From assembly GCA_963662275.1 (NCBI GenBank), contig OY759316.1:3456001-3520000 (forward strand): a stretch of 64,000 bases of DNA, read 5' to 3'. This document shows positions 38,979 to 50,023 of this stretch, piece after piece (the stretch's first letter is position 1; each line of letters begins with the position of its first letter). Made by a program: the position numbers and the translations under genes. The notes under the pieces were generated by a model. The model was not told the DNA's origin and made no database searches. It worked only from the letters and a program-made list of their open reading frames with translations. Origin of the DNA: Candidatus Cloacimonadales bacterium (GTDB lineage Bacteria > Cloacimonadota > Cloacimonadia > Cloacimonadales > DAONDQ01).

Positions 38979-41741
38979 ATGAAAACATCACATGTAATAG
39001 TTTTACTAATTCTATGCCTTTCTTTTTCTTTCCTCTACGGTTTGCATACAATTTACGTAGATGGGACTACCACCTTAAATCAACAGGATGGTTCCTTTGG
39101 TTATCCCTTTAAAACAATCGGGCAGGCAGTTATATTCGATTCTACTGTTAGAGAAAATCAACTGGTTATAGTCAGAGATAGCATTTATTCGGAGAGTATT
39201 GTAATTGATATGACAAATTTCGGCACTTATTCTTTAACCATCGAAAGCGAAAATGGAAATGAGCATTGCATAATTGATGGTTCTAATGATAACATTTTAG
39301 GATTTCATATTATAGGTAACACTACAGCCCCTTTAACGATTCAGGGATTTACTTTCGAAAATTTTATTCATAATAATGAGGATGCAGGCATTTTTTTGCA
39401 ATACATGGGTTCTGTCTCAATTATAGCAAATGTATTTAATGCATGCAACTACGGAATATGTATGAATAGTGATTTTGGAAATGTACCAAGCAGCGCAGCA
39501 ATAACCGGAAATATTTTCAATCTTGCTTCCTGGCAACTAGGTATATTTTCTACCCAAAATTCTGCTCACAAACAAATTATTGGGAATCGTTTCTATAGAT
39601 TGAATTCTGATTGGTTCTCCGAATCTTTACATTTCAACGATGGTGTTTATTTTGGTGGTACTTTACTGCTTGAAGACAATTACATTGAAGGTTCAATGCT
39701 GTGTAAAGGGATTGGGATAAGCCAGATAAACACAAATCTTATTATCCAAAATAATAAATTTATTAAAGGTACAACTCTGATTGATTACTGCAGTTCAAGT
39801 ATTACTCATAACCAGTTTTGGGGTAATAACGATCGATATTGCGCTATTCAATTTCTATCTCCAGGTTTTGAGCAGCCGATGAATATAGAATTTGAAGATA
39901 ATATGATGTCCGATTATCTGGATGGTATTATGATTAATAGCAATACAGATTTACATTTTAATCATAATTTGGATCTGAATATATCACATTCCTTATTCCG
40001 AAATTGTCAGAAAGCAATTCATATATACCAGCATTCAAGTCATTTTGAACATAATCTTATTTCTGCGTTTCATAGCAATATCATGTCACACAATACCGCA
40101 GATTTTAAAATTGAAGATGAAAATGGGAATCCTTCAAATTTGTTTCAACCAATCCCTATATCATATTCCTGCTTGCAAAATGGAATACCCGCAAATGGCA
40201 ATAATTTCACTATAGGTAATGGTAACATCGCGGCTGACCCGAGTATTACACTGGGCGATGTCAATAGCACTCAGTCATATTATCTGAATTGGAACAGCAA
40301 TGGACCAAGCCCCTGTATAGACGGAGGCAAACCACTTGGTCATAATGCTCCACCTCTAAGTGGTGAGTATGGAACTCCTCCCGATATGGGAGTATATCCT
40401 TTTGCAGATCAGAACATTCCTCCTTATGTGCATAAAACCAGAGATTATTTCGTGCTAAATCCAGATGGAAGCAGCAGCATAGTCTGGTGCAGCTTCCCGG
40501 TATTGGATGATAGAACTTATGTAAATAATCAGTATCAGAATGAGATTCAAGTAATCTTGGATAAATATTGGGATACACAGTATCCTTCATTAATTTCGGC
40601 ACAGTCGAAATATGGACTTGAATCAAATGATTTTAGATTTTATAATGGCCAGTGGCAATCCGGCAATTATCGGGCTTTTGCCCCTGTTGGTTTTAAAGTT
40701 CAATTTAGTACTCCCTATATTGATAGTCTCCATATCAGCGGGTTATATCCTGATGCTCATACCACTCCTCTGGCATTGACAATTCCAAGCAATCCCAATA
40801 CAGTCAGAGAATATTGGCTGGGCTGGTTCCCGGAGCAGACACAAAATCTGATGGATGCTTTTAAGAAACATATTCCCGGGGATTTGACCCATACTTATCT
40901 TGATTATCTGTATGAGATTAAGACCAGGAACTGGGCAACCCGCAGAATCATGCCCAAATCCGGCGCTGCCTGGGGAATTCCGGTCGGTCATCCCACATTA
41001 TCCTGTGGTGAAATGGTGGCGGTGAAAGCTTTCAGCAATGCACCTGCTCAAATGTACTGGAATATTCCGCCAACAAGCCGTCCGCCTGTAATACGAGAGA
41101 AAGCTGAGATTTTCACTTATAAGGAGAAGCTGGATTATCTTCCTGTGTTTGTGGAGTTAGATCCGCAGGATATACCTGTAGAAGTTGGAATAATGGTGGA
41201 TGGTATATGTAAAGGGGCTGCAAAAGTGGATAGTGATACCCTTGAAATAAATGCATATTTACTGGATGAAACAAAGTCTGATCCGGAAGCGGATATAGAA
41301 ATCGTATTCTCTTATGGAGATCGTGGTACAAAGTTGCAGAATAGCTGGACAGTCTTTAATCCGAATAAAATGGTCTTTGAAAAAAGGAAAATTCATCTCA
41401 GGGATATTGATTCTTATCTCTATTTCTCTTTTAAAGCTGGCGAAGGAACTCCCTTAATTCCGTTAGAGACTGAATTAGATGCAAACTATCCAAATCCTTT
41501 CAATCCGGATACTCATATCTCCTTCACACTCGCCAAAGACATGCATGCCAATTTATCCATATATAACTGTAGAGGTCAGAAGGTACGTACTCTTGTCAAT
41601 GGTATCACAACGACCGGCAGGCATGATACAGCCTGGAATGGCAAAGATGATTCAGGAAGGAAAGCTGCCTCCGGTATTTACCTGTATCGTCTGGATACAC
41701 CTGCATGCAAACTGATGAAGAAGATGGTATTGCTGAAGTAG
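38979..41741 (+). CDS. Secreted parallel beta-helix protein with FlgD/T9SS-type-A-like C-terminal domain
   Basis: Signal peptide, IYVD..DGS..PFKTIGQA, SPCIDGG, NYPNPFNP..IYNCRGQKVRTL..WNGKD..SGIYLYRL..KMVLLK; start after AAGGAGG. Confidence 0.88.
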   Translation: MKTSHVIVLLILCLSFSFLYGLHTIYVDGTTTLNQQDGSFGYPFKTIGQAVIFDSTVRENQLVIVRDSIYSESIVIDMTNFGTYSLTIESENGNEHCIIDGSNDNILGFHIIGNTTAPLTIQGFTFENFIHNNEDAGIFLQYMGSVSIIANVFNACNYGICMNSDFGNVPSSAAITGNIFNLASWQLGIFSTQNSAHKQIIGNRFYRLNSDWFSESLHFNDGVYFGGTLLLEDNYIEGSMLCKGIGISQINTNLIIQNNKFIKGTTLIDYCSSSITHNQFWGNNDRYCAIQFLSPGFEQPMNIEFEDNMMSDYLDGIMINSNTDLHFNHNLDLNISHSLFRNCQKAIHIYQHSSHFEHNLISAFHSNIMSHNTADFKIEDENGNPSNLFQPIPISYSCLQNGIPANGNNFTIGNGNIAADPSITLGDVNSTQSYYLNWNSNGPSPCIDGGKPLGHNAPPLSGEYGTPPDMGVYPFADQNIPPYVHKTRDYFVLNPDGSSSIVWCSFPVLDDRTYVNNQYQNEIQVILDKYWDTQYPSLISAQSKYGLESNDFRFYNGQWQSGNYRAFAPVGFKVQFSTPYIDSLHISGLYPDAHTTPLALTIPSNPNTVREYWLGWFPEQTQNLMDAFKKHIPGDLTHTYLDYLYEIKTRNWATRRIMPKSGAAWGIPVGHPTLSCGEMVAVKAFSNAPAQMYWNIPPTSRPPVIREKAEIFTYKEKLDYLPVFVELDPQDIPVEVGIMVDGICKGAAKVDSDTLEINAYLLDETKSDPEADIEIVFSYGDRGTKLQNSWTVFNPNKMVFEKRKIHLRDIDSYLYFSFKAGEGTPLIPLETELDANYPNPFNPDTHISFTLAKDMHANLSIYNCRGQKVRTLVNGITTTGRHDTAWNGKDDSGRKAASGIYLYRLDTPACKLMKKMVLLK

Positions 41742-41790
41742 GGATAGACCCGTGTGTCTATCCATTCAAATATTGCACAGATTCAGAAAT

Positions 41791-41960
41791 AGACCCCCCT
41801 ACCCCCCTTCTCAAGGGGGGATTAGAAAGTGGAGACTAAAATTAAGTTCAGATAAGGCTCCTTAACCCCCCTTCTCAAGGGGGGATTAGAAAGGTGAGAC
41901 TAAAATTAAGTTCAGATAAGGCTCCTTAATCCCCCCTTGAGAAGGGGGGTAGGGGGGTCT
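41791..41960. repeat. Composite palindromic element: CCCCCCTTCTCAAGGGGGG units, 64-bp direct repeat, ~33-bp terminal inverted repeats
   Basis: Direct repeats start at 41801 and 41865; AGACCCCCTACCCCCCTTCTCAAGGGGGGATTA versus TAATCCCCCCTTGAGAAGGGGGGTAGGGGGGTCT. Confidence 0.88.
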
Positions 41961-41995
41961 AAAGATAGCGTTCCAATTAGAATCTTGGAGAAGAT

Positions 41996-44566
41996 ATGTC
42001 AAAGACTATGTTATTGATAATACTTGCATTCTCAACAGGAATACTCTGCGCTATTACTCATACAGTGAGCCTGGATGGCTCTGCCCAGTTTACTGCTATC
42101 CAATCAGCGATCAATGCCTCTGCAACCGGAGATACGGTCTTAGTATATCCGGGAAGATACTTCGAGAATATCAATTTCAATGGGCATAGCATCACCCTTG
42201 CGAGTTTGGAACTGACAACCGGGAATCCTGCTTATATTGATTCCACGATCATTGATGGGAATCAGCAAAGCAGTTGCATATATATTCGCAACCATGAAGC
42301 ATTTGCCATTATAAGGGGATTAATAATAACAAATGGTATTGGTTTTAACCCTCCGAATTCGACACTTAGCCCCGGTGGTGGAATAATTGCTGAATGGGTA
42401 GATCAGCTTTCTATCATTAATTGCATTATTCAGAACAACACAGCTACAGATGGAGGAGGCATTAATTGTTATTCTTCAAATATTAACATGAAGGGTACTA
42501 CCATACGTAATAACAGTGCAGCAAATGGTGGTGGCGGATTATTGTTCAACAACAATTACTTGCATCCCAATTCACTAATTTTCGATGCTCAGGATAAATG
42601 CTCGATCTATAATAATGATGCATCTTACGGATTGGATTGCCAATTTAATTTATACAACTCTGTCCATGTGATTTTAGATACCTGCACGGTGATAAGTCCC
42701 TTGAATTATTTTATTACCGGATACGCATCCGATCCCCATATTGAGAATCCCATCACTTGTGAAATTGAACATGCCTATATGACAGAAATTAATCATGACC
42801 TATATGTTGCTCCTAATGGCAATAATGCAAATGATGGCTTGTCGGAAGCATCTCCGCTTTGCTCCATATATTATGCCATGTATCATATAGCAGCCGACAG
42901 TTTAAATCCTAAGATGATTCATCTCGCACCAGGTAACTATTCATTTCCCGAAAACTATCAGCAATACGGAATACCTGTAAAAAGCTGGACAACCCTTACT
43001 GGAGAAACAAGAGAAACCACTGTACTTGATGGGAGTGGAACACAAATTCTAATCAGACCCGCAACTGGCAGCCGAAATGTTACAATAACCAATCTCACAT
43101 GCAGAAATTCGAATATCAGTATTGCCCCCGATAAATCCTTGAATTTGTTAATTAATAACGTCATAGTTGAAAATGCTTCAAGCGATATTGGATCGGGAAT
43201 CGGTATTACCCGATGTAAGGACTTTCGAATAAAGAATACTACTGTAAGAAACAATTTTGCTTCATATGTTTATCCTGGCTTTTATTTTGGTGAAAACAGA
43301 GGCACTAATTATCTGATTAATTGCATTTCCGAAAACAATACAAGTCTTCAGGGAGATGGAAATGGTTTGAAATATGGTGATAAAGGAACAATTATCATAG
43401 ATGGCTGCACTTTCAAGGGGAATTTCAGTTCAGCAGAAGGAATGCCAACTATTTTTTCTATTGGGCGTAATACAGATGATGATACACTCAAAGTAATAAT
43501 AACGAATTCTAATATCATAGAGAATACTCAAACAGCATATACTTTTATGGCTCTAGTATCAGCCAATAACGGTATTGAAATCAGTAACTGCACGTTTGCC
43601 AATAATTCAGGAGGAAGCGCTGTGTTGGGAATAGTGGGTGATGCTGTCCTGAAGAACAATATCTTTTGGAATCCGGGTTTAACCCAGGAAGTACAGTTTC
43701 TCTATTCTCCTGATGATCCGAATAATTATGATGAGTATCTATCCAATAATATCATTCGGAATGGCATGGATGGTGTATTTTGTGATCCTTCCGATTTCCT
43801 GCACTGGCAGGAGGGAAATATTGATGAAGAACCGATATTCTTTGGGTGGGGAGATAACTCCTATATGATAACTTCCCTATCCCCGGGGATAGATGCCGGA
43901 ACAACTGATACCACAGGATTATCGCTCTCTCCTTTTGACTTATTCGGCAATCCGAGAATTATGAATGGTTTGGGGATAGAGAGCAGGATAGATATTGGTG
44001 CTTATGAATACCAGGGTCAGATTCAGGCTGGTTTTGCTGTCTCTGATACCAGTGGTGCAGCTCCACTTGCCGTCCATTTTACGGATATGAGTACTGGTGA
44101 TGTCGATCATTGGGCGTGGGATTTCAATGGTGACGGTGTTCTAGATTCTGAAGAGCAGAATCCCACTTATGTTTATACAGAAGGCGGTACATTTTCTCCC
44201 TCACTCATCGTCAGTTACGCAAATCGCTATGATAGCATTCGCAGGATGTCAATCATTACACCCGTTGCCAACCAAGACAATACAGCAGCAGCGAGGGAAG
44301 GATTATCAATATATCCGAATCCCTTTCAAAGCAGCGCGACGCTGTCTTTTCATCTGAAATCACCGCAAAAAGTGAAACTGGAGATATTCAATATCAGGGG
44401 GCAGAAAGTTGCGCAGTTGATCAATGAGAATATGCCATTGGGGCAGCACAATATTGTGTGGGATGGAAAGGATGATAGTGGAAAATCATGTACGAGTGGA
44501 GTCTATTTCTACCGCCTGAATACAAACGATAAGACTGTGACAAGGAAAATGCTGCTGTTCAAATAA
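41996..44566 (+). CDS. Secreted beta-helix (DUF1565-like) + PKD protein with FlgD/T9SS-type-A-like C-terminal domain
   Basis: FTAIQSAI..GDTVLVYPGRYFENI, LYVAPNGNNANDGLS, PKD motif APLAVHFTD..W.WDF..EQNPTYVY, YPNPF..KMLLFK. Confidence 0.9.
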   Translation: MSKTMLLIILAFSTGILCAITHTVSLDGSAQFTAIQSAINASATGDTVLVYPGRYFENINFNGHSITLASLELTTGNPAYIDSTIIDGNQQSSCIYIRNHEAFAIIRGLIITNGIGFNPPNSTLSPGGGIIAEWVDQLSIINCIIQNNTATDGGGINCYSSNINMKGTTIRNNSAANGGGGLLFNNNYLHPNSLIFDAQDKCSIYNNDASYGLDCQFNLYNSVHVILDTCTVISPLNYFITGYASDPHIENPITCEIEHAYMTEINHDLYVAPNGNNANDGLSEASPLCSIYYAMYHIAADSLNPKMIHLAPGNYSFPENYQQYGIPVKSWTTLTGETRETTVLDGSGTQILIRPATGSRNVTITNLTCRNSNISIAPDKSLNLLINNVIVENASSDIGSGIGITRCKDFRIKNTTVRNNFASYVYPGFYFGENRGTNYLINCISENNTSLQGDGNGLKYGDKGTIIIDGCTFKGNFSSAEGMPTIFSIGRNTDDDTLKVIITNSNIIENTQTAYTFMALVSANNGIEISNCTFANNSGGSAVLGIVGDAVLKNNIFWNPGLTQEVQFLYSPDDPNNYDEYLSNNIIRNGMDGVFCDPSDFLHWQEGNIDEEPIFFGWGDNSYMITSLSPGIDAGTTDTTGLSLSPFDLFGNPRIMNGLGIESRIDIGAYEYQGQIQAGFAVSDTSGAAPLAVHFTDMSTGDVDHWAWDFNGDGVLDSEEQNPTYVYTEGGTFSPSLIVSYANRYDSIRRMSIITPVANQDNTAAAREGLSIYPNPFQSSATLSFHLKSPQKVKLEIFNIRGQKVAQLINENMPLGQHNIVWDGKDDSGKSCTSGVYFYRLNTNDKTVTRKMLLFK

Positions 44567-44780
44567 GGTGACAGGTCACAGGTTCAGAGAAAGACGATTC
44601 ATCGAGTGATTTCTCGGTCATTGAGCGATCAAATCTTCCCTCTTATGGAACAAGAGAGGGATAAGAGGGTGAGTAGGAAATGCGAGAAATCGTATCGAAA
44701 TGAACTGGGATGACTCTGAATGATTGTCTACTGTCGTCTCCCCGATACTAACAGATGCATTTCGACTTCGCTCAATAACC
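44567..44780. repeat. Heptamer tract plus nested palindromic repeats between convergent genes
   Basis: AGGTGAC AGGTCAC AGGTTCA; GGTCATTGAGCGA..TCGAAATG / CATTTCGACTTCGCTCAATAACC; CCCTCTT..AGAGGG.TAAGAGGGTGAG. Confidence 0.6.
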
Positions 44781-44867
44781 ATTATAAGCGGGTAAATATT
44801 ATAAATAACATTTTACAAAGGCGATTTGGATTTCAATTGGCATTGTCAGAGATAAGTATATCAACGT

Positions 44868-45728
44868 TTACATAGGTCGTTTCATATCACGATAGTAATT
44901 ATCCAATTCAGGAGTAAGTCCTCCCAATGTTTTTCGAGCTTTTTTTAATAAATGTAAAATGGCTTCCTGCTTCCCCTGTCGATCTAGCAACCTGACCAAG
45001 TCTTCATAATATTTAGGAACATGAGGTTCAAGTTCAATACATCGCCAGAGATTAGTTTCTGCCTCGTCAATTCTACCAATTTCCTCACTGCAAATGCCTT
45101 TCGCATGATAATAGGAGGCAGTATGCCATTTACTTTTTTCTGCTTCCCTAAAAGCAACATAAGCTTTTAACCAATTTTTCTGATAATAGTAACAAAATCC
45201 CTTCATCAGTTTAATATTCGGATTTTCTCCATACTTTACTTCGGCATCCTTGAGTACTTTCAAAGCTCTGCCATACTGACGCAATTGCACCAGTTGCTCT
45301 GCCAGGAATGTGTAGGGTAAATCAGATAAGGGATTTGTCTTTTTCAGCATTTGTGTTAGAGCATCTATACTTTCTTCAATCCTACCCATTTGTGTAAAAG
45401 CAATAGCTTTGTTATATAGAGCTTCGGGAATGAATTCAGGAATTTGCTCAAAATAGTAGATTGATAAGCGAGGTTCATCCAGTGACAAATATGAGTTCCC
45501 AATCTTAAACAACAACTGAGAATTTTTCTTATCAAAGGTCAGTGCCTTTTGGAAATTATCGATTGCCTTCTGATGGAGTTGTTCCTGGAAGTAAATGTCT
45601 CCGATTAATTCATAAATTTCTTTTTCAGAGGGATATTCTGTTAAAGAATTTTCTAATAGTTTAATCGCTTCCAGCCAATTCTTGCGCATCAGATATTCCG
45701 CTTGTATGAGAAGATTGGCAACACTCAT
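44868..45728 (-). CDS. Tetratricopeptide repeat protein
   Basis: Repeated 34-aa TPR-like motifs (IGDIY..KAIDNFQKAL, YNKAIAF..EESI). Confidence 0.85.
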   Translation of the reverse strand: MSVANLLIQAEYLMRKNWLEAIKLLENSLTEYPSEKEIYELIGDIYFQEQLHQKAIDNFQKALTFDKKNSQLLFKIGNSYLSLDEPRLSIYYFEQIPEFIPEALYNKAIAFTQMGRIEESIDALTQMLKKTNPLSDLPYTFLAEQLVQLRQYGRALKVLKDAEVKYGENPNIKLMKGFCYYYQKNWLKAYVAFREAEKSKWHTASYYHAKGICSEEIGRIDEAETNLWRCIELEPHVPKYYEDLVRLLDRQGKQEAILHLLKKARKTLGGLTPELDNYYRDMKRPM

Positions 45729-45731
45729 TTC

Positions 45732-46742
45732 CTACTCCAAATCGTCGAACAAAGTATTAATAGTATTCATAATTTCCAAATCGTCCTCTGTATGATTGAT
45801 GATGTTCCGAACCTTTGATCCTCCTGGAATACCCTTGGTATAAAAGCAAAAATGAGATCTCATTTCCAGGATTGCCCGTCTTCGAGATACTTGCTCATCC
45901 TCGATAACATAACAAAAATGCTTTTGTATCAATTGCATCTTCTCTATATTTCCCAGTGATTCGAACGCTCTACCATTCAATACTGATCGTATTTCATTGA
46001 ATATCCATGGCTTTCCTAAAGCACCCCTTCCTACCATGATGCTATCGCATTTCGTTTCTTCCATCATCCGTAAAGCATCATCCGCATCCTGGATGTCACC
46101 ATTTCCAACAATCGGTACATCGATGGCTTCTTTCAGTTCTTTAATTTGTGACCAGGAACTCTTTCCTTCAAACATCTGGCTGCGAGAGCGAGGATGAAAT
46201 ATCAGAAAATCAACACCAGCGAGAACAAGTTTCTCTGCAAAAGATATATAGTTCAGATTATTCAAATCCCAGCCAGACCTTATTTTGACTGAAAGTGGAA
46301 TTCCTGCAAACTCTGTTTTATTCTTTACTTCCTGAACGATTTCAACGGCAAGTCCCGGGTCTTTCATCAATGCAGATCCAGCTCCAGCGGTAACCACCTT
46401 TTTCACTGGGCAACCCATGTTAATATCTATAAAATCCGGTTGTAACTTGATGATTATCTCAGCGGAACGCATCATGATATTGGGTTTTGTTCCGAATAAC
46501 TGTATTCCGAATGGTCTTTCTTCATCGCTAAATCCTGCTAAATTTAAACTCTTTACTCCTTCATATACAATCCCATCCGCACTCACCATTTCACTCACCA
46601 GTACATCAGCACCACATTGTTTACAGATACGCCGAAATGGTTGATTTGTATAACCAGCCAGAGGAGCAAGCCAGATTTTGTGATCAGTAAGCTCTTTTAT
46701 CTTTTCTTGGAGAGATTGCCGCATATTATGATCTGATGCCAT
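45732..46742 (-). CDS. dusB: tRNA dihydrouridine synthase
   Basis: LAPLAG, SEMVS, IQLFG, DINMGCP, GSALM, VKIR.G, GNGDI, MVGRGALGKPW. Confidence 0.95.
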   Translation of the reverse strand: MASDHNMRQSLQEKIKELTDHKIWLAPLAGYTNQPFRRICKQCGADVLVSEMVSADGIVYEGVKSLNLAGFSDEERPFGIQLFGTKPNIMMRSAEIIIKLQPDFIDINMGCPVKKVVTAGAGSALMKDPGLAVEIVQEVKNKTEFAGIPLSVKIRSGWDLNNLNYISFAEKLVLAGVDFLIFHPRSRSQMFEGKSSWSQIKELKEAIDVPIVGNGDIQDADDALRMMEETKCDSIMVGRGALGKPWIFNEIRSVLNGRAFESLGNIEKMQLIQKHFCYVIEDEQVSRRRAILEMRSHFCFYTKGIPGGSKVRNIINHTEDDLEIMNTINTLFDDLE

Positions 46743-47514
46743 GTTTTATAATAAACAGAGAAATTCCGGCAGCGACAGATACATTAAGTGACTCCATACT
46801 TTCTGCAATTGGAATCCTCACCTTAGCATCTACAGATTTTAATATAGCTGGTTGAATTCCCTCAGCTTCTGAACCTAGAATCAGCAACACATTTTGACCA
46901 GGTGCTTTATACTCAAAAATGCTTTCACTACCTTCTATGCACATCGCAATGCGTGTACCGGTAAAAGATTCGATATAATCTACGTCAGCATTCTCTGTAG
47001 GAACAAAAAACACTGCTCCCAGTGAAGCTCGAATGACCTTTAAGTTAAACAATTCACAGCAAGAAGAAGAACGTATTACGCCATTTATACCTGCTGCTGC
47101 TGCTGTACGAAATATCGTTCCCATATTTCCGGGATCTTGTATATTATCCAGGTAGAGAATAAAATTACTATCCACGATCTTCCTGGTCTGACAAGACATG
47201 ATTGCAGCCCAATCCTGCGGTTGTTTTGTATCACATATCCTTTCCATTTGCGATGCCGTTGCCTGCCATACTCGACCATGATATTCACTTTTAAAGGGAA
47301 AAGTACCATTGAAATGTTCATCTGATGTGATTAGGGCTTCCGGAAGAATCCCATTTGACAGGATCTGATCAACCAATCGAAATCCTTCGATAACTACTTT
47401 CCCTGTCAATTCTCTGAATTTCTTCTGCTTCAACGCACTAAGTTCCTTAGTATGTTGATTACTTAAAGATTCAGTGATAGGATGCGATATGCTTATTGGC
47501 TGATTAATTGTCAT
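46726..47514 (-). CDS. TrmH/SpoU family RNA methyltransferase
   Basis: LDNIQDPGNMGTIFRTA, RASLGA, LGSEAEG, ESLNVSVA. Confidence 0.94.
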   Translation of the reverse strand: MTINQPISISHPITESLSNQHTKELSALKQKKFRELTGKVVIEGFRLVDQILSNGILPEALITSDEHFNGTFPFKSEYHGRVWQATASQMERICDTKQPQDWAAIMSCQTRKIVDSNFILYLDNIQDPGNMGTIFRTAAAAGINGVIRSSSCCELFNLKVIRASLGAVFFVPTENADVDYIESFTGTRIAMCIEGSESIFEYKAPGQNVLLILGSEAEGIQPAILKSVDAKVRIPIAESMESLNVSVAAGISLFIIKHGIRS

Positions 47515-47544
47515 CTTGAATCCGAAAGAGTATGAAATCTTCTT

Positions 47545-49224
47545 CTATGAATGATAAATAGATTTCATTTTCGCAATATCTACTTCATCAACAAGTTCTG
47601 GAGGAAGGAACATGACTCCATATTCTTTGTACAGACCTGAATCCAGTAAAAAATCGAGCAGGTCTTTATCAATTTCTATATTTTTTGCCATAAAAGCAAG
47701 TATGGTTATTGCCTCAGATAAAGTCTTAGCCTTTTTATAGGGTCGATCTGCTGCTGTTAAAGCCTCGAAAATATCAGCCAATGCGATGATTCGTCCCTGT
47801 AGCGGAATTTTATCACCTCGTAAAGAGAATGGATAGCCTTTTCCATTTAGCATTTCATGATGCGTTGAAGAATACAGTGGAACATTGGTGAATTTCTTTG
47901 GGAATGTAAGGTGTGATAACATATCCCAAGTCACACTGACATGATCCTGCATTTTTTGCTTCTCCTCATCATTCAAGGTTCCCTTGGGAATCAACAGATT
48001 ATATCTTTCATCTTCGGTAAGAAGTGAATAAACTTCCCCCCCCAGCGTTATCTTAAAATTTGCTATACGGTCAATACGTTCCCGATCTTTATCCTGTAGG
48101 AAAATCTCACATTTGTTTACACTGTCAATAAAGTGAAAATCTTCAATTGTTTCTTGTAAGCACTCACTCAACATATTTATCTGTTCTTGGTTGCCAGAAT
48201 TGATTTCGCTATATGTTAACTTATCTATTTCTCTATTCAGTGCTAGTTCAAGCAAAGAATAACGTAATCGTATGAGTTCAATTCGATCTCCCATTGTCTC
48301 CAATTTAGTAGATTTATCCATGATGTATTCAGGTGTAATAATCTTTCCTATATCGTGCATCCATCCAGAAAGTGATATTTCCTCTAGTTCATCTGGAGAA
48401 AAATGCAGTTTACTAAAATATCCTTCCGTGGTTTGGTTCATTTTTTTTGTTAGCAATTCAGTTAATGTGGCTACCCTTGTGATATGACCGCCAGTATATT
48501 TCGATTTTCGATCCAACGCAGAAGCAATAGCTTGAATGAATTGATGTAATAGTTTTTCTAAATCCTGTATCAATTTCTTATTGGAAAGTGCTATAGCGGC
48601 TTGTGAAGCCATAGAATTCAGCATGGCAATATGTTCAGGTGTGAAGGATGTTACGACCCCTCTCTTGGTCTGAGCATTGATCAGTTGAATCACTCCAAGC
48701 ACTTCATCTTCGTGATTCTTAAGAGGTATTGCGAGCATAGATTTGGATCGATATTTATGAAGTGTATCGTACCGTTCAGTACCAGATGCATCAATTAAAT
48801 TTTGATTATAGATATCGTCAAAACACTGGCTTTTTTTAGTATGATATACATAAGTTACCATATTTTTCATGCTAGGTGAGCCATCGGTTTCATATAATGG
48901 AATACTTGGCCAAGCAAGGGAGCTAAAAGTACCCCCCATATGCAAACTCAGTGAACGATTAAAAACAACTTTAAAATCGAGATTTTTTTTATTACCACAA
49001 ACTGTATATATAGTTGCACCATCTGCATTTGTGTAGTCTAGACATTCATCGAGAATTAAATCAAAAATCCGATCTATTTGGTTTTCGGATGACAAAGCTT
49101 CGCCAATATGAGTTAATTTGCTAATATGTCTGATTTGTTGTCCTGTCAGAATACGTATTTTCCTGACAAATAGATTCAACAAATTATTGACATCAGGATT
49201 TTCACTGAACGAATATTTGGACAT
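47545..49224 (-). CDS. GAF + HD-GYP phosphodiesterase
   Basis: GAF (YRSKSMLAIPL..GVIQLIN), TGGH..RV, HDIGK, HHEMLNGKGYP, ADIFEALTAADRPYK. Confidence 0.93.
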   Translation of the reverse strand: MSKYSFSENPDVNNLLNLFVRKIRILTGQQIRHISKLTHIGEALSSENQIDRIFDLILDECLDYTNADGATIYTVCGNKKNLDFKVVFNRSLSLHMGGTFSSLAWPSIPLYETDGSPSMKNMVTYVYHTKKSQCFDDIYNQNLIDASGTERYDTLHKYRSKSMLAIPLKNHEDEVLGVIQLINAQTKRGVVTSFTPEHIAMLNSMASQAAIALSNKKLIQDLEKLLHQFIQAIASALDRKSKYTGGHITRVATLTELLTKKMNQTTEGYFSKLHFSPDELEEISLSGWMHDIGKIITPEYIMDKSTKLETMGDRIELIRLRYSLLELALNREIDKLTYSEINSGNQEQINMLSECLQETIEDFHFIDSVNKCEIFLQDKDRERIDRIANFKITLGGEVYSLLTEDERYNLLIPKGTLNDEEKQKMQDHVSVTWDMLSHLTFPKKFTNVPLYSSTHHEMLNGKGYPFSLRGDKIPLQGRIIALADIFEALTAADRPYKKAKTLSEAITILAFMAKNIEIDKDLLDFLLDSGLYKEYGVMFLPPELVDEVDIAKMKSIYHS

Positions 49225-49437
49225 GGAAAACCTCCAGATGCTATTTATAAAATTTACAAATTAGTAATTGAATTGGTTTAGGCAAGGTTTTTCTTTCAAG
49301 ACTTGAAATGTGAAAATAATCAGATTAAGCTTACTATGATTAACCCATTTCCAGATTCTATGTAGATTACAGGTAATTACATAATAAAGCTCAATCTGAT
49401 CATTCACCTTTAATTAGAACATATTGCTCAAGAATGC

Positions 49438-49929
49438 TTATTTCTTTTTATAGATTTTCAGTATTTGGTCGATAATAAACTCCGGCTTTGCGTCTTTTAT
49501 GATGTGATTCGCGCATTCTTTGTACAATGGTTCTCTTGCTTCCCACAACTTTTTAAGATCTGCTTCCGAGCGGTCAATTAAAAGTGGTCTTGTAGATTGT
49601 TGAATTCTCTTATACAGAACATCCCATGTGGGATCAATCCATACAACCACATTGCTCGGATCTTTGATTATTTCTCGATTAACCGCTGATACTACTATTC
49701 CACCACCAGTTGCATATACTGCTTCATCTCTCCAATTCGTCAGAATTTCAGTTTCCATCAGGCGAAATCTGTATTCCCCCCATTTCTCAAAAATTTGTTC
49801 AATCGTTTTCCGGCTTTCCTGCTCAACGATTTCGTCAATATCATGAAAAGATAAACCCAATTTTTTTGCAACTTCCTTTCCAATAGATGATTTTCCACAA
49901 CCCATAAATCCTATCAAATATAGAGACAT
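49438..49929 (-). CDS. aroK: Shikimate kinase
   Basis: LIGFMGCGKS, GEYRFRLME, ATGGG, RPL, REPLY. Confidence 0.96.
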   Translation of the reverse strand: MSLYLIGFMGCGKSSIGKEVAKKLGLSFHDIDEIVEQESRKTIEQIFEKWGEYRFRLMETEILTNWRDEAVYATGGGIVVSAVNREIIKDPSNVVVWIDPTWDVLYKRIQQSTRPLLIDRSEADLKKLWEAREPLYKECANHIIKDAKPEFIIDQILKIYKKK

Positions 49930-50023
49930 TTTAACCTCCTCATTATTTTCTTCAACTCATGCTCCATAGAGTGAAGAATTAGCAGCTTTCGTGGATCACA
50001 TGACCCACAGGATATTCCTAACT

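Noticed and set aside
41791..41960. Possible mini-CRISPR array
   Set aside because: Spacers are near-identical, the last repeat is inverted and no cas genes are present
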